DNA from: Eledone cirrhosa
Taxonomy: Eukaryota
Assembly: GCA_964016885.1 (NCBI GenBank)
Contig: OZ024748.1
Coordinates: 15,004,001-15,068,000 of the forward strand
Reading direction: 5' to 3'
Length of the DNA: 64,000 nt
The notes below the pieces were generated by a model, which had not been told where the DNA came from, ran no database searches, and saw only the letters and a list, made by a program, of their open reading frames with translations. A program made the translations under genes and the position numbers. Positions 1-13,265 of the stretch are shown here, one piece after another; the first letter of the stretch is position 1; every line of letters starts with the position of its first letter.

Positions 1-334
1 TGTATATAATAAGAAGATAGTGGAGATGTTACATAGGAGATTTATTGCTTAATCCTGATTAGAAATGTTTTCCAAGCATCTGGCTCGTGATCTGGAATGG
101 CACCCCAGACCAGACTCCAAGACCTTCTGATCCTCAGACCAGTGTTAACAGAACAAAAATTGCATCAAATGTGTGGACGAACCACCAAAAACACAATAAA
201 CATATAGAATGACCAAACACGGGCCTAGAATTTAACAGGCGCATCTCAAGCATAACAAGAAAAAACCGTTATAAACAAAAACTAGATTAACGGATATAAA
301 TACAAATACTTTAGATTTAATGAACTTTCTACTT

Positions 335-400
335 ATATATACATACATATATACACATACATACACACACACACACACACATATATATATACACACACGC

Positions 401-437
<37 letters not shown>

Positions 438-526
438 CACACACATATATATATATATATACATCCACCCACAATCATACAGACATATATATATACATAC
501 ATACACACACATATATATATATATAG
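335..526. repeat. Compound (TA)n/(CA)n/(TACA)n microsatellite
   Basis: Directly visible; explains the Y/I/H/T-rich ORFs in 232-580. Confidence 0.95.
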
Positions 527-789
527 TGGCAATTTTATATATGTATAAAATTCTATTGAATAAAGTAGTTTAACTCTCATAATATACGAGAGAAGTACTC
601 TGATTCATAAACATTATCACTTTTGAATGTTTGTATGTAAAAACGAACATAGCCAATTTGTATATGCCATGATTATATATTTATATTGAATGCATTGTGT
701 AATATATTAGTCAATGATCATTATCATCACTTCATACCTGGTAACGAATTAAGGGCTTTGAAAAGAGAAGATCTTGGAAGAATTGGAAA

Positions 790-1050
790 AAAATAAGTGA
801 GCACGCTCGAGGAAATCAGATGTAGTGTATAAGGAAAAAGAAGAATCAAAACAGGCTCCAATAGTACACCCATGTAATGCATGTTGACGATGTTAGTTGT
901 GTAAACATATTTCTGAGCACTAAATATGGATGGAAGCTGTGAAAGAGAAAGACCTCTGAAAACATGAAATAGAATGGTGAAAAACTGACCTCAAGAAGCC
1001 AAAACTTATGAAGAATGGAACAAAGAACTAAGATGCCATATATATGCCCA
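790..1050 (+). mobile_element. Highly decayed RTE-clade LINE ORF C-terminal fragment
   Basis: Broken translation RLQ*YTHVMHVDDVSCV...DGSCERERPLKT resembles the RLHWYGHVMRMKDDSC...GRP.KTW segment of the LINE at 1926-2840. Confidence 0.55.
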
Positions 1051-1199
1051 AGCTCAGAGCCATATTTGGACCATGGGGTATCATGGCAGTTATTATGGGG
1101 GTATCCTGGCTGGTGGGGCCTGGCTGTTCTTAGATGGAGTCCTGTTTGACAAGGGGTGCCCAGGGCATTTGCCCTCTCTGCCTCTTGATACATCCAGTG

Positions 1200-1275
1200 T
1201 TGTCCAAGGCGTTGCATAGTGGGACTGAACCTTAAATCACATGGTTGTGAAACAAACCGTTTAACCACACAGGCT
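1200..1275 (-). mobile_element. SINE family C head fragment (tRNA-derived)
   Basis: Reverse complement matches the gctgtg..gttaa..caaccatgtg..ggttcagtcccact..ttgg.caa head of the copies at 31572 and 24535. Confidence 0.65.
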
Positions 1276-1925
1276 CGTCTACTAATTCAGTAAATTTTAC
1301 AATATGGGTTCATTAATAGTTGGTGACAAAACTGATTCAAGTAAAGCAAAAATGGCAACAGATGCAGATGTTCTTTTCAGAAAAATTTAAAACTTGGCAA
1401 AGAATTTGTAAAGTAAAAATATATTGCTTTGAAAGATTACAGAATATGTTGTTAAAAAAAAAAAAAAAAAAAAACTTTAATTTACTATATATTATTAGAA
1501 GTAAACTTTATATTGAAAAGGAAAGAAGTTATGAAACAAATAATTACCAGAATATAACAGGATAAGAAATAGATATTAGTAAAAATAGTAACAAGAAAAT
1601 GAAAAAGAAAACAAATATAGTATTTTGTGCGATTCCAGAAAGTTGAACTTTACAGAAACCAATGTATAAATTAGACTATGCTTGTTTGGACAAAAGAAAA
1701 TCTATCTGTTAATAATAGTAACCACTCCTTGTTGTAATTTTATAACAATTGACTAAATGACTAACATTGAAATTGTTGCTCCACTACAGGAAGACACCCT
1801 ACAGATAAGAATTGCTAATATTAAGTTGCATAACAATTTTTAAACTCAGTTACATATGCAGAAATATATGAATGTTTGAAATATCTTTATAGATACATAC
1901 ACATACAACATACATACATACAGAC

Positions 1926-2840
1926 ATCATCATCATCACCGTTTTACGTCCGTTCTTCCATGCTAGCATGGGTTAGACGGGTTGTCCTGTTGTGGGCAGT
2001 GTCTGGTCGGCTGACCATGCCTTGCTCATACAGGAACTGATTTTGGCTTGATTTCTACATCTGGATGTCCTTCCTAACACCAACCTCATTTACAGTGAGA
2101 GCTGGGTTCTTTTTCCGTAGTGCCTACACGTCCACTTTACAGTGTGGGCTGGGTGCTTTTTTGCCGTGGCACCTCCACGACCACCTTGCAGTGGGAGGGT
2201 GTGGGGCATATTGTCTATATGCTTCAGCTTGTACCCATGGGAGGTCGGGTACTCTGTATTGCTGCATGACGCCAGAGGTCACGGTCGTGTGTCATCGCCT
2301 TTGAGAGGTGCAACTGGGTAAGGTTGGCCCCTATCACCTCATCCCAGGTCTTCTAGGGTCTCCCCACTCCGCGGTTTCCATTTACTTCTAATGCTCTGCA
2401 CCTTTTTATGCAGCTGTCATCCTTCATACGCATCACATGTCCATACCAATGCAACCGCCTCTCCTGCACACATCATTTGATTCCTCTTATGCTGTCTCTC
2501 TCTCAATTCATTTATGCTGTGTCGTTCACGTATATTACTATTACACATCCATCAGAGCATGCAGGCTTCGCTTCTTTCTAATATACGTAAGTCTTCCACC
2601 TTCAACGCCCAGGTCTCACTACCATATAACATTGCTGTTCGGATACACGCATCATACAGTCTGCCTTTCATTTTGAGGGAGAAGCCTTTTGCAGCTAGCA
2701 GTGGCAGTAGTTCCCTGAACTTCTTCCATCCCATTTTTACCCTAGTTATTGTACTTTCTGAACACCCACTTCCGCTGCTAATTCGGTCACCTAAGTAGCA
2801 GAAGCTGTCTACTGTTTCTACAGAGCCCTCCCAGAGATTG
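1926..2840 (-). mobile_element. 5'-truncated RTE-clade LINE (RT C-terminal region, 3' UTR, (TGA)n tail), inactivated
   Basis: Translation VETVDSFCYLGDRISSGSGC...RVKMGWKKFRELLPLL...KGRLYDACIRTAMLYGSETW, then across stops and a frameshift ERRLHWYGHVMRM...GRP*KTWDEVI...DRDLWRHA (ends ~2224). The 3' UTR has ~50-nt internal repeats and ends ggacgtaaaacgg(tga)n. Confidence 0.9.
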
Positions 2841-4439
2841 GTGGTACTTGTTTCCTGTGGCTGCACATAATATATATATATATATTTGTTAAAATTAGCT
2901 GAGAGAGAGTAAACTAGCAATAACAGAACAGAATTTTCAGAAAGACATTTTTTAAATAAAATTTTATTTTTATTTTGGTATCTGAAGCATATAACTATGT
3001 ACTTAACCGCATATGTATATATATATATAATGCATGCTGATATATAATGTCCACAGTTATATATATGTATGTGTATGTATATATATGCCGTACACACACA
3101 CACACACATGCATACATACACAGGACAAGCACATATATTTGATATATACAGTAAATGGTGGTAGGCTTAAAGCTATTGAGAAAGATAAACATTTCTTATG
3201 GTTTGATATTCCATATGTTCTAAAGAAAAAATTATATTTGTGTGCGTGTGAAAAAAAAGTAGATTTACTTATTAGGTGTTCTTCTAGTTAGCTGGAAGAT
3301 ATAACAAAAGAAACGTATATACTTCATTTGAGATATCTAAGCAGGGAATTGAAAATAAACTGTTTTCAGCTATATAGAAATATATTTTACCTAAACAGGT
3401 CTGACCAAAAAACCTGCTTAAACTAAACAGAATTTTAAATCTGAAATTTGGATTTATTTGTTGCAAATAATCTTTTATTTCCTTCCTTTTGGGAAATAAC
3501 ATTTATTTTTTAAAAACTATATCTAATTTGAAAATGCATTTAAATAAGTTTCAGATATATTAAAACAATGAAAATAACTGAAACGTTTTAAAGAATTACT
3601 TTATTATTCAGGAATGATAAGAAATCAGGACCGATAAAAAGAGTGTCAGGAATTATAAAAAAAAAAAATTATCATTTTAAAGAATGATGGAGTACAAAAG
3701 AGGAAGAACAGCAATTGGTTATAACACAGAGTGTCATAGAAAGATATCCATGCTGGGAATATCACTGCACTAGTATATCCAATATGAGGTAAATTAAGAA
3801 TGGAGTGTATTGAATGATGTGATCACAGAATACCAAAAGCACAGGTGAGCCTGTACAGTTGTCAAGTGGTATCCAAGAGATCAGAAGAGACCACTCAAAA
3901 AACTTCCAAGAAAACAGGCAAAGTTTTTTTTGTAAGAAAATACTCTAACAAAAGAGATGATATTTGTACCAATTCAGCCACTCAGATAAAAATCATTCAA
4001 ACATTATTAACACTTTCATGACCATATTTTTATGAAATCTATTTTACTTTTTTTTTTATTAATGAACTCTTTTAAGGGATTTACAAAAAAATATTAATTT
4101 ATTACTAAGATAGTAACTTAATGCATGGTTTGAATATAGAATTATGTTGGAAGACTTTAAAATTGGTGGTTTTGTTTCATAGAACCAGAGGTGTTGGTAT
4201 GAAAAGTGTTATGAAGAAGACTAAAAGCAACTAAAAACGAAACAATATCTTGATGATGATATGTATGTTATGTATCACCTTAATTACAAATGTAATAATT
4301 TCCCTGACTGATCAACTGCTGGCCAAAGCTATTCTTCCAAACAATGAGATGATACAAAATCTGGAATGGAAGAACGTCAGAGATTCTTTCCTTTACCCCC
4401 ACACCAATCTGTAAGCAAGAGCCAAATAAACTCCAATGG

Positions 4440-4560
4440 TCTGAGTTCAAAATCCCGCCGAGGTTAACTTTGCCTTTCATCCTTACGGGGTCGATAAAAT
4501 AAAGTACCAGTAATGCACTGGGTAATTGCTGGCCTTGTGCCAAAAGTAGAAACAATTATT
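4440..4560 (+). mobile_element. SINE family A, 5'-truncated
   Basis: B-box-like gagttcaaaatcccg, central tttgcctttcatccttacggggtcgataaaataaagtaccag and tail ggccttgtgccaaaagtagaaacaattat, all shared with many copies in the window. Confidence 0.9.
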
Positions 4561-5569
4561 CTCTCCATCTGTTTTGTATGTTTAGAGACAAAGAGAGAAG
4601 GAGAGAGGGAGAGAGAGAAAGTGAATGAGACAGAATAAGATCTATCTAGAAGCAAAAGAGATTCCAGTACTGAGAAACTTTCATAGTCTTTTAACTACAT
4701 CAGTTGTTGGTAATGCACAGGCAGGGTGTTGACAATAGAAAACAGCTGTAAAAATAGTAGAAATAGGCATGGAAGAATGAAAGGCAATGTAGAGTTTAGA
4801 GTTTTCCACCTTGTTGTTTAGATGATTCTAACATCAGATGTTAGAACTCTTATGCAAAAAAAAACAAAAAAACTCTTATCTCTGGGAGGAGAATGAGCAA
4901 GAGGAGGAGGAAAATAGAGAGAGAAAAGAAATATATATCATGAAAAAAAATTATAAAATAATTCCTGAGAAAAAATAAATTAAAAAAATGTTCCTTCTAC
5001 TGATTAAAAAAAAAAGAAAGGTAAGATGTATTTCATATGAATAATCTGTTCACTTTGCTTAATGGACCAGAAAGTAGTACAAAACATAAACAGCTGTTAT
5101 ATATATATATACACACATCTTTGTATGTAAATGCATGTATATATATATATCTATACACACACACACACATACACACTTGCAAAGATCAGAACTTTTCTAC
5201 ACGTTTAAAAGCCATGGGGCTTGGTTGAAGTCATAGTGAAGTGCACTAACTCTTCATTCAAGAAATTCATCTTAAAATACTTTCTCAAAAATTAGAAAAC
5301 TTTAAAAAATATAAACACAAGTTAAAATAGAATAAATAAAAGGAAATAGACTTAACACTAACACTGAGGGAAAAAATCAAATAAAGCACAAATAATATAT
5401 CAGAAAAATATCCAAGAAAATTTACAAACGAACAGTATGAAAATATTTATATATTTTCAATATGCCATATATGAAATGTTTATACACTTAAAGTATTTTT
5501 TAAATCAATTTATAATCATGTCAGTTAAAGGAACAGAGTTACTACTTATTCCAGACTACTACAATATAT

Positions 5570-6062
5570 ATTACATACATATATATATATATATATATGC
5601 TTGTTTACATATATATATATATATATAAATACACATACATACATACACAGTATATATACTACATCATATTCACTTGTATAAGCATTATGAACTATAATGC
5701 ATGTACACAAATTTTCAAATAACATATCAAATACACTAGGACAGACGCAAGGATATATATATATATACACATATATACACACACACGCATATATATATAT
5801 ATATATATACATGCACACACAAATATATATATATATATATACATGCACACACAAAGATATATATATATATATATACACACATATATACACCTACATGCAT
5901 ACATATATATATATATATACATGCACACACAAATATATGTATATATATATATATATATATACATACACACACAAACATATATATATATATATATATACAT
6001 ACACACACAAACATAAATATATATATAGATACACACACACAAATACATATATATATATATAT
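5570..6062. repeat. Higher-order compound microsatellite, catgcacacacaaa-(TA)n units
   Basis: Visible repeated units; source of the spurious ORFs in 5546-6121. Confidence 0.9.
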
Positions 6063-6775
6063 ACTAATGAATAAATGAAGACATCTGTACAAACTTTAGT
6101 AAACAAACATGATGTGCTCAAGAAGAAAACAAACTAAGCAAATATCGAAACATCCAAGCATCTCTCTCTATATATATGTAAACAGGTTTCTTTGTAAAGT
6201 GCTGGTCTTGATAAATTTGCAATTCAAACATACGTGAATACATAAAATACAGCTTTATATACATCAAAGTCAATAATTATGAGCATACAATGCACATGTG
6301 CACAAGCAGATACAAATGCATACATACACTTATGTGCATACGGAACACATACATTTTTGTAGTGGTAGAAGACTCTCTTATTTTCTGTTTTTTGGACAGA
6401 GATAGGGTTATTATTATTATTATTATTACTATTATTATTTATTTATTTATTCCCAAATTATGAAGAATTTTTCAGGATTTAAAACTCAGAATTCAGTGAG
6501 CAAACAATGGGTAAATGGTGAGGAATCTCTTTATCCTTTCCCACTCTTCCTTTAGCTCTCTTCTATTATCTTCTTCCCTAAACATATATATGTATTTCTT
6601 TCACACACACACTCTCACTCTCACTACAATAATAGCCTCAAACTAGAAATAACAAGGAGGTGTAAGATATTTCATCATGAAGCGTTACAGTAAATAAAAT
6701 ATATTTTTGATAATAATAATACATCTATATCGACATTACCACCCAAATCTACATTACATCTGTACATCTATATTA

Positions 6776-6806
<31 letters not shown>

Positions 6807-7419
6807 GCCAAATATTTTACATATTTATATATTAAAACTTTTCACGCGACAGGAAATATGAAATATATAAAAACATTAAAAAAAAAATGTCCAACCTTTC
6901 ATATTTAGAATAACACATGTGAGTAAATGTAAACATATTTATATACTATAGTGAAAGACTGTAGAGGTTGCTTTTAGGTAGGGGAGTGGTAATAAAGAGA
7001 AGTATGCAATATACATATATATAGTTAGGTTTTTGTAGATATTAAAAGAATCCAGGCAGAAATCACATTCAGCATTCCATGCAATCACCTGGATTATGAT
7101 ATGAAATGGAAGTAGTTTGTAATCCAGGGAATGCAGGTATATATTCCATTAGTACTGTAAATCTTGGAACTTAATTTTATATGAAGAATTGGAACATGAA
7201 CTCACAGTGTATAATAAAAGTACAAAAGGAAGAGTTCAGTATAACATCTGTTTATTACTTAATGATCGTTTCTGTAACAATTCTGCTCACAGCTGCAGTG
7301 TTATATAACTTGCACAATGAAAGCTGCATAATGAATATAGTATAGCAAATAGTTATGCTGTTTACATAGTTATACAGGTTTCATTTCCTACAATACAGAC
7401 TTGTTTATTTCAAAGTACT

Positions 7420-7672
7420 TTGTATTTATCTAAAAGCCTTCCTTCATTATTTTTATGTAAGAACCTTTGTTAGATTATACTTCTAATACCAGCTTAATCA
7501 TGAAAAAGTTAGCTATATTACTAAATCCTTCCAAATTCTTGACTATTTTCAAAATTGTAAGCAATGTCTTTCATTGGAAAAGTGACAATGATGGTTACAA
7601 TTTTCAATACCGGTATCATAATAAAGTAGTTAAATATTTTAATGTCACTAATGAAATAGCTATAAATAGTTA
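7420..7672 (-). mobile_element. AT-rich TTAA-flanked MITE family copy (degenerate)
   Basis: Similar to 55817-56068 (ccttccatcataatt...ccagcttaat...actaaatcct) and to the reverse complement of 31204-31442. Confidence 0.55.
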
Positions 7673-7875
7673 AAAATATGTCTTTTACTAAAGTAACGAG
7701 AGTCAAATGAAACCTTATTTGGCAATTGCACGAAAGTATCTTAGTCAGGCTATGGACTGTTCAGCTGAACCTTAAATACATATAGAGTTTTTCAGATAAT
7801 CATATCCCTATGAGTACACTCAATCACACACAAACAAATATATATAAGTACAACTATATTCACCTATGTGCGTGA

Positions 7876-7923
<48 letters not shown>

Positions 7924-8074
7924 GCGCGTGTGTATTGAACTGTATGACCACCAATATAATGCAGAATATATGTCTGATTAAGAAATTGAAAATGTAGTGT
8001 TAAAGATATCTAATTAGACATCACATTTCTAGATTCAGCAACAACTGGTAAACATTAATAAACATTAGAGAATA

Positions 8075-8670
8075 TGTGTGTGTAGGAGGAGTATGTGTAG
8101 ATATGTAAGTATATATGTCTATGTGTAGGAGGAGTATGTGTAGATATGTAAGTATATATGTCTATGTGTAGGAGGAGTATGTGTAGATATGTAAGTATAT
8201 ATGTGTGTGTAGGAGGAGTATGTGTAGATATGTAAGTATATATGTCTATGTGTAGGAGGAGTATGTGTAGATATGTAAGTATATATGTCTATGTGTAGGA
8301 GGAGTATGTGTAGATATGTAAGTATATATGTGTGTGTAGGAGGAGTATGTGTAGATATGTAAGTATATATGTGTGTGTAGGAGGAGTATGTGTAGATATG
8401 TAAGTATATATGTGTGTGTAGGAGGAGTATGTGTAGATATGTAAGTATATATGTGTGTGTAGGAGGAGTATGTGTAGATATGTAAGTATATATGTGTGTG
8501 TAGGAGGAGTATGTGTAGATATGTAAGTATATATGTGTGTGTAGGAGGAGTATGTGTAGATATGTAAGTATATATGTCTATGTGTAGGAGGAGTATGTGT
8601 AGATATGTAAGTATATATGTGTGTGTAGGAGGAGTATGTGTAGATATGTCAGTATATATGTCTATGTGTA
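8075..8670. repeat. Minisatellite, ~14 copies of a 41/43-bp unit
   Basis: Unit gtgtaggaggagtatgtgtagatatgtaagtatatatgt(ctat|gt); aggaggag anchors at 8127, 8170, 8211 etc. Confidence 0.95.
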
Positions 8671-9104
8671 GAAATGTGTATGTTTATCAATAGGCCTAGA
8701 AAAGAGTGATGCAACAACTGGTAAACATCCATAAACATTACAGAATATGTGTGTAGGTGGGTATACATGTGTAGGTGTGAAGGTATGTACGCATGAGTGT
8801 GTGAGTATGTAGGTATGTGATGTTTGTAGGTGTGTGAGGGTGTATTGTGTATATGGGTGTATATAATGCATAGGTGTATGTGTCTGTATGTGTAAAAATG
8901 CGTGTGTTTATCCTAGTATCAACAGGCTTAGAAAATAGTAATAAATTAAGTTAGAGAATTTCTAAAGGTCTGTTTTACAATATGCATAATCTCATTTATG
9001 TGCATGGTATCTAACTTGGTGTATATATGGATATATTAATATATAATGTGTTTGACAGCATGTATGTATATGTATATAATGCATAGGTGTATGTTTTGTA
9101 TCAC

Positions 9105-9198
9105 TCACTGCATGGCACCTTAACCAAATATATTCAATAGCCTCAGGTTGCCCAATGTCTTGTGAGTGGAATTTGGTTGGCAGAAACTGCAGAAACCT

Positions 9199-9200
<2 letters not shown>
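9105..9200 (+). mobile_element. SINE family C fragment (3' part)
   Basis: cactgcatggcacctt...ttgtgagtggaatttggttggcagaaactgcagaaacc, ending in (TA)n; matches 31625-31732. Confidence 0.7.
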
Positions 9201-9234
<34 letters not shown>

Positions 9235-9479
9235 GGAGTGAAAGCAACTGGTGTGTGTGTTTCTTATTGGCAACATGACCCTCCCAAAGCATAACAATAT
9301 CGGTTTCAACACACGTTTTCAGATAAAGAATCTTGCTAAACAAATTCAGAAACGAAATATATATATATATATATATACCTACTACAGTCAGTAGGCATCT
9401 CTAACAAAATACACCCCCGTCCCACCCAGCCCCACCCCATCCACACCGCCCCCTTCTATGTAAAGTTATGTTGGTGCCA

Positions 9480-9757
9480 CACCATCCAGGCCGAAACAAA
9501 TGAGGTCGTGTAGGTGTCACGACAAAAAAACACACAGTCCACGCTGTAATGTGGCCGTGTAGGCAACACGGTAAAAACCTCCCAGCCCCACACTGTAAAT
9601 GTGGTTGGTGTTAGGAAGGGCATCCAACTGTAGAAAACCTGCCAGACAGTCCTATGCAAGCAAGACAATATCTCTTGCCTCAAGTGGGAAAACCCCCGTC
9701 CAAACCCATGCAAGCGTGGAACACAGACGTTAAACGTTGATGATGATGATGATGATG
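9480..9757 (+). mobile_element. RTE-type 3' UTR or SINE tail with (GAT)n end
   Basis: cactgtaaatgtggttggtgttaggaagggcatccaactgtagaaa...ccgtccaaacccatgc...gacgttaaacg(ttg)(atg)n is homologous to the reverse complement of 1926-2200. Confidence 0.8.
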
Positions 9758-9958
9758 TTATATATAAAGGAAGGTATAAAACTGACATTGATGCCTAGTG
9801 GTCTTGGATTGTATGCAACAATACAACTCGAAACCAGTAGACATTGCATACTACCCTGATTTGTGGTCTCACTGGTATTGGTACAACAAACTTTATATAT
9901 GTATATATATTTCTTCAATACACTGTGTTGTTTGCTTTGTTATTTCTGTCTTTGTTTT

Positions 9959-9989
<31 letters not shown>

Positions 9990-10335
9990 CATACACACAT
10001 ATTCATCATCATCATGTGTGTGTATAAATGTCCGAGTGTGTGTGTGTATAAATGTCCGAGTGTGTGTGTGTGTATAAATGTCCGTGTGTGTGTGTGTGTG
10101 TGTATATATATCTATGTGTGTGTGCGTGTGTATGGTTACAGCCTGTGACCTAGTGATTCAGCCAAAAAAGAGGTCAATAGAATAACAATCAGACTGGAGA
10201 AAACAAGGACCGGGCGCCAATATAATTGACTTAATCATCATGGTGCTCCAGCATGGCCATTGACTGAACCATGTAAAAGAATAAAAGAAAAAGGTATGTG
10301 TGTGTGTGTGTATATATAGATATGGGTATGTTATA

Positions 10336-10525
10336 TAATTGTTTCTATTTTTGGCACAAGGCCAGCAATTACCCAGTGCATTACTGGTACTTTATTTTAT
10401 CGACCCCGTAAGGATGAGAGGCAAAGTTAACCTCGGCGGGATTTGAACTCAGAATGGCAAGGGCCGTAACTCAATGCGTCAAAGCATGGCATCCGATCCT
10501 CTACCGATACTGCCAATTGATTGCG
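10336..10525 (-). mobile_element. SINE family A, near full length
   Basis: Reverse complement of the family A consensus; TSD-like ttatataat at 10331-10339 and 10527-10535. Confidence 0.9.
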
Positions 10526-10589
10526 ATTATATAATGTGTGTGTTTGAATATATTACCTGTACGGAGAGTTATACAAATTTGATTACATA

Positions 10590-10850
10590 TATCTATCTAT
10601 CTATCTAAGGCAGATAAAATTCCCGAGATCCATGGACGAGTTCTCTCCAGCGGTCTCTGTCCCTCATTATCGCTGCCATGTCCTGCGTCTCCAACAGACC
10701 AGTGTCTGTCCTTAGGGCATCAACATACGTTAACCTTGGTCTTCCTCTTCTAGTGTGTCCATGTAGGGGCTCCCAAAGGAGCACGGAGTGCAATGTCAAC
10801 TCTGGATGTCGGTGAGCATGTCCAGCTAACCTCAGTCTCCTCTGTGTCAC
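10590..10850 (-). mobile_element. 5'-truncated RTE-clade LINE 3' end (second family) with (TAGA)n tail
   Basis: Open frame QRRLRLAGHAHRHPE...LLWEPLHGHTRRGRPRLTYVDALRTDTG...MRDRDRWR is typical of an RTE ORF C-terminus; the stop is followed directly by a tetranucleotide tail. Confidence 0.88.
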
Positions 10851-10977
10851 TTTTGAGCTGACTTTTGGGATGCTCCCATACAGCTCTGAGTTTTCGTCCT
10901 CAGTGTATACATTACATATATGTGGTTATATAATGCAATGTAAGTAAGTATGAGAATATTATATATCATATGTTTAT

Positions 10978-11168
10978 GGGCAGTGGGTTGGCGGTATTGG
11001 TAGAGGGTGGGACGCCATGCTGTGATGCATAGAGTTACGGCCCTTTCCATTCTGAGTTCAAATCCCGCCGAGGTCAAACTTGCCTTTCCTCCTTACAGGA
11101 TCGATAAAATAAAGTACCAGTAATGTACTGGGTAATTGCTGGCCTTGTGCCAAAAGTAGAAACAATTA
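10978..11168 (+). mobile_element. SINE family A, full length
   Basis: A-box-like ttggcggtattggtag and B-box-like gagttcaaatcc; TSD attatatatcat(a/g)tgt at 10958-10973 and 11165-11180. Confidence 0.92.
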
Positions 11169-11365
11169 TATATCATGTGTATGTATAAGGGGCTATGTTA
11201 CATAACATCTGTATGTCTGTGTGTTTGTTATGTAACAACAATATATATATGTGTGCATATGTGTAATTACATTCTATGTAACATACAAATGTCACAGATA
11301 CACGTGTGTGTGTGTGCGTGTGTGTATTTTAGTTCTCATGGGTATTTCATGTAGCATGTTTATAA

Positions 11366-11396
<31 letters not shown>

Positions 11397-12282
11397 TGTA
11401 TGTATATGCACACAATCATGCAAAATGAAATACACATATATACATATATAAACACACATACATATTACTTATATATATATCTATATATATATATACACAC
11501 ACAAAACACATAGACACATATGCCGCATATGTAGAGAGAGAGACAGAAAGAGAAGGAGAGACATGCTTATTATATACGTTAGATCAGACCATATTCTTAA
11601 AAGGAATGCATTTTTAATGTCACTTTTGTAATCTAGCTTGAAGTTTAGCTTGATTGCATTTGCTAAATTTCACACAGAAAATTCCTATTATCATAAAATC
11701 ATTTTTGAGATTTTTCTTTATAATTTTCTTGTCTGAAATATAATTTTTGGAATATGCCAAATTTATCTTTTTCTTTTCTTAAAAGAAAATAAGAGAAGAT
11801 GAAAATATATAATTTTACATAAATAATTAATTATCTGAAAATAATTTCATTACTTATTTCAATGCATACAAAATAATTTTGAAGCTTCTACTCAAAGGTA
11901 TATATAATATCATTGAATATATGCCAATAAAGGAGCTTTTATAAGATGGCTCCACCAATTGAAAATAGCAACCAAATTTCTCCAAAATGGCATCTACCAG
12001 CATAAAATCTGGAAGGACAAATGTTAGATATTGTAGTTCCATATACACTAAAATTATATAAAAGCTGGGATGGTCATGGCTGGAATGCTGTAGCTTCATA
12101 TGATGGACTCTTTGTTGGTTAAGACATGGAATATTCAGCTGTTCAGTGAAGAGACATCTAACTTTTGAATGAATGTCTAAGTGGTTGAGTATTCCAAAGG
12201 CACAGTAAAATGGTTTCCAAGCCAAATTAGTGTGACACTATATATGACAAAGCTGGACACTTGAATTAGAGCTACAATCCAT

Positions 12283-12440
12283 TCAACAGGCTTCCACTCG
12301 GTTTCTGTCTACCCAATTTCACTCACAAGGTTTGGGTAGCCTCCAAGGCTATACTAAAGGGACTTCCCAAGATGTCACATAGTGGAATCAAACCCAGGGT
12401 CTCATGATTGAAAATTAAACTTCTTAACCATTCAGCCATG
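12283..12440 (-). mobile_element. SINE family C copy
   Basis: Reverse complement of the family C pattern (catggctgaatggttaagaag...ttgtgagtgaaattgggtagacagaaac). Confidence 0.75.
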
Positions 12441-13154
12441 CTGTGGTCACTGTAGTTCCATAAATACTAAGACAGAATATAAGAGAGGATGGTCATTGTT
12501 AGAACGTCTATGACGAGAACACATAAAAGATGAGTGGGTACAACCAGTATATCAATTCAGGTTGTGGAGAACCTAGGAGGGGCTCATGAATAACTAACTC
12601 CATTCTTCATCACATCATCGCCTCTCACCCAACAAAACCTTTCAGCCCCCTTGAATTTTTAGGCAACCTTCAAAAGTTGAAATGATGTATTGGTAGCTGT
12701 AGCCCTTTGGCCATCTCATGCAGCTCAAGACATGGTGGGAGCTTCTAAACTCTGAATTAAGACATTCACTGATGTGGTACTGTTGTTTAATATTGGTGAT
12801 AGAGATGGGGTATAAGATAATGTGTTACAACTACAAAAGTCTTAAATGAGCTCTTCAAAATATCTATCTATTTGTCACCTGACAAGAAGATATGGTTGAT
12901 TTTTCTACAAAAACCTACATAAGAGGCATTTACAGAAATTGAACATAAAGCTGTCAAGCAGGATGATTATGAAGAAAGGAATTGGTCGATTCAACATAAC
13001 TACTGGCACTAAAGTACATTGCAAAAGATATATCAACGAACATTATATATTAGCAAGTCTCAAGTAGCTATAACTCAATATAAACAATGATATAGGAAAA
13101 CTTACTATGGCTCTTTGATAAGCCACACAATATAGTAATAAAGTTAATTTATAT

Positions 13155-13178
13155 ATGAGTGTGTGTGTGCGCGCGTCC

Positions 13179-13262
<84 letters not shown>
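13155..13262. repeat. (GT)n-(TA)n-(GA)n compound microsatellite
   Basis: Directly visible. Confidence 0.95.

Positions 13263-13265
<3 letters not shown>

Noticed and set aside
738-772. Possible 35-nt minus-strand micro-exon (DLLFSKPLIRYQ|gtatga)
   Set aside because: Adjacent to a decayed LINE fragment and unsupported by anything other than AG/GT dinucleotides.
3730-3920. Possible RTE remnant (KWYPRDQKRP...)
   Set aside because: Only one short motif is recognisable; too degraded to annotate with confidence.
4265-4414. Short protein-like + frame (TDQLLAKAILPNNEMIQNLEWKNVRDSFLYPH) ending at a GTAAGC donor-like site
   Set aside because: No nearby AG acceptor and no recognisable homology; under 50 codons.
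7240-7275. GAAACGATC half-site on the minus strand
   Set aside because: No CUGANGA partner found upstream; too little to call.
10336-11168. Composite DNA transposon with long TIRs carrying an ORF
   Set aside because: The inverted arms are independent SINE insertions with separate TSDs, and the ORF is a LINE 3' end.
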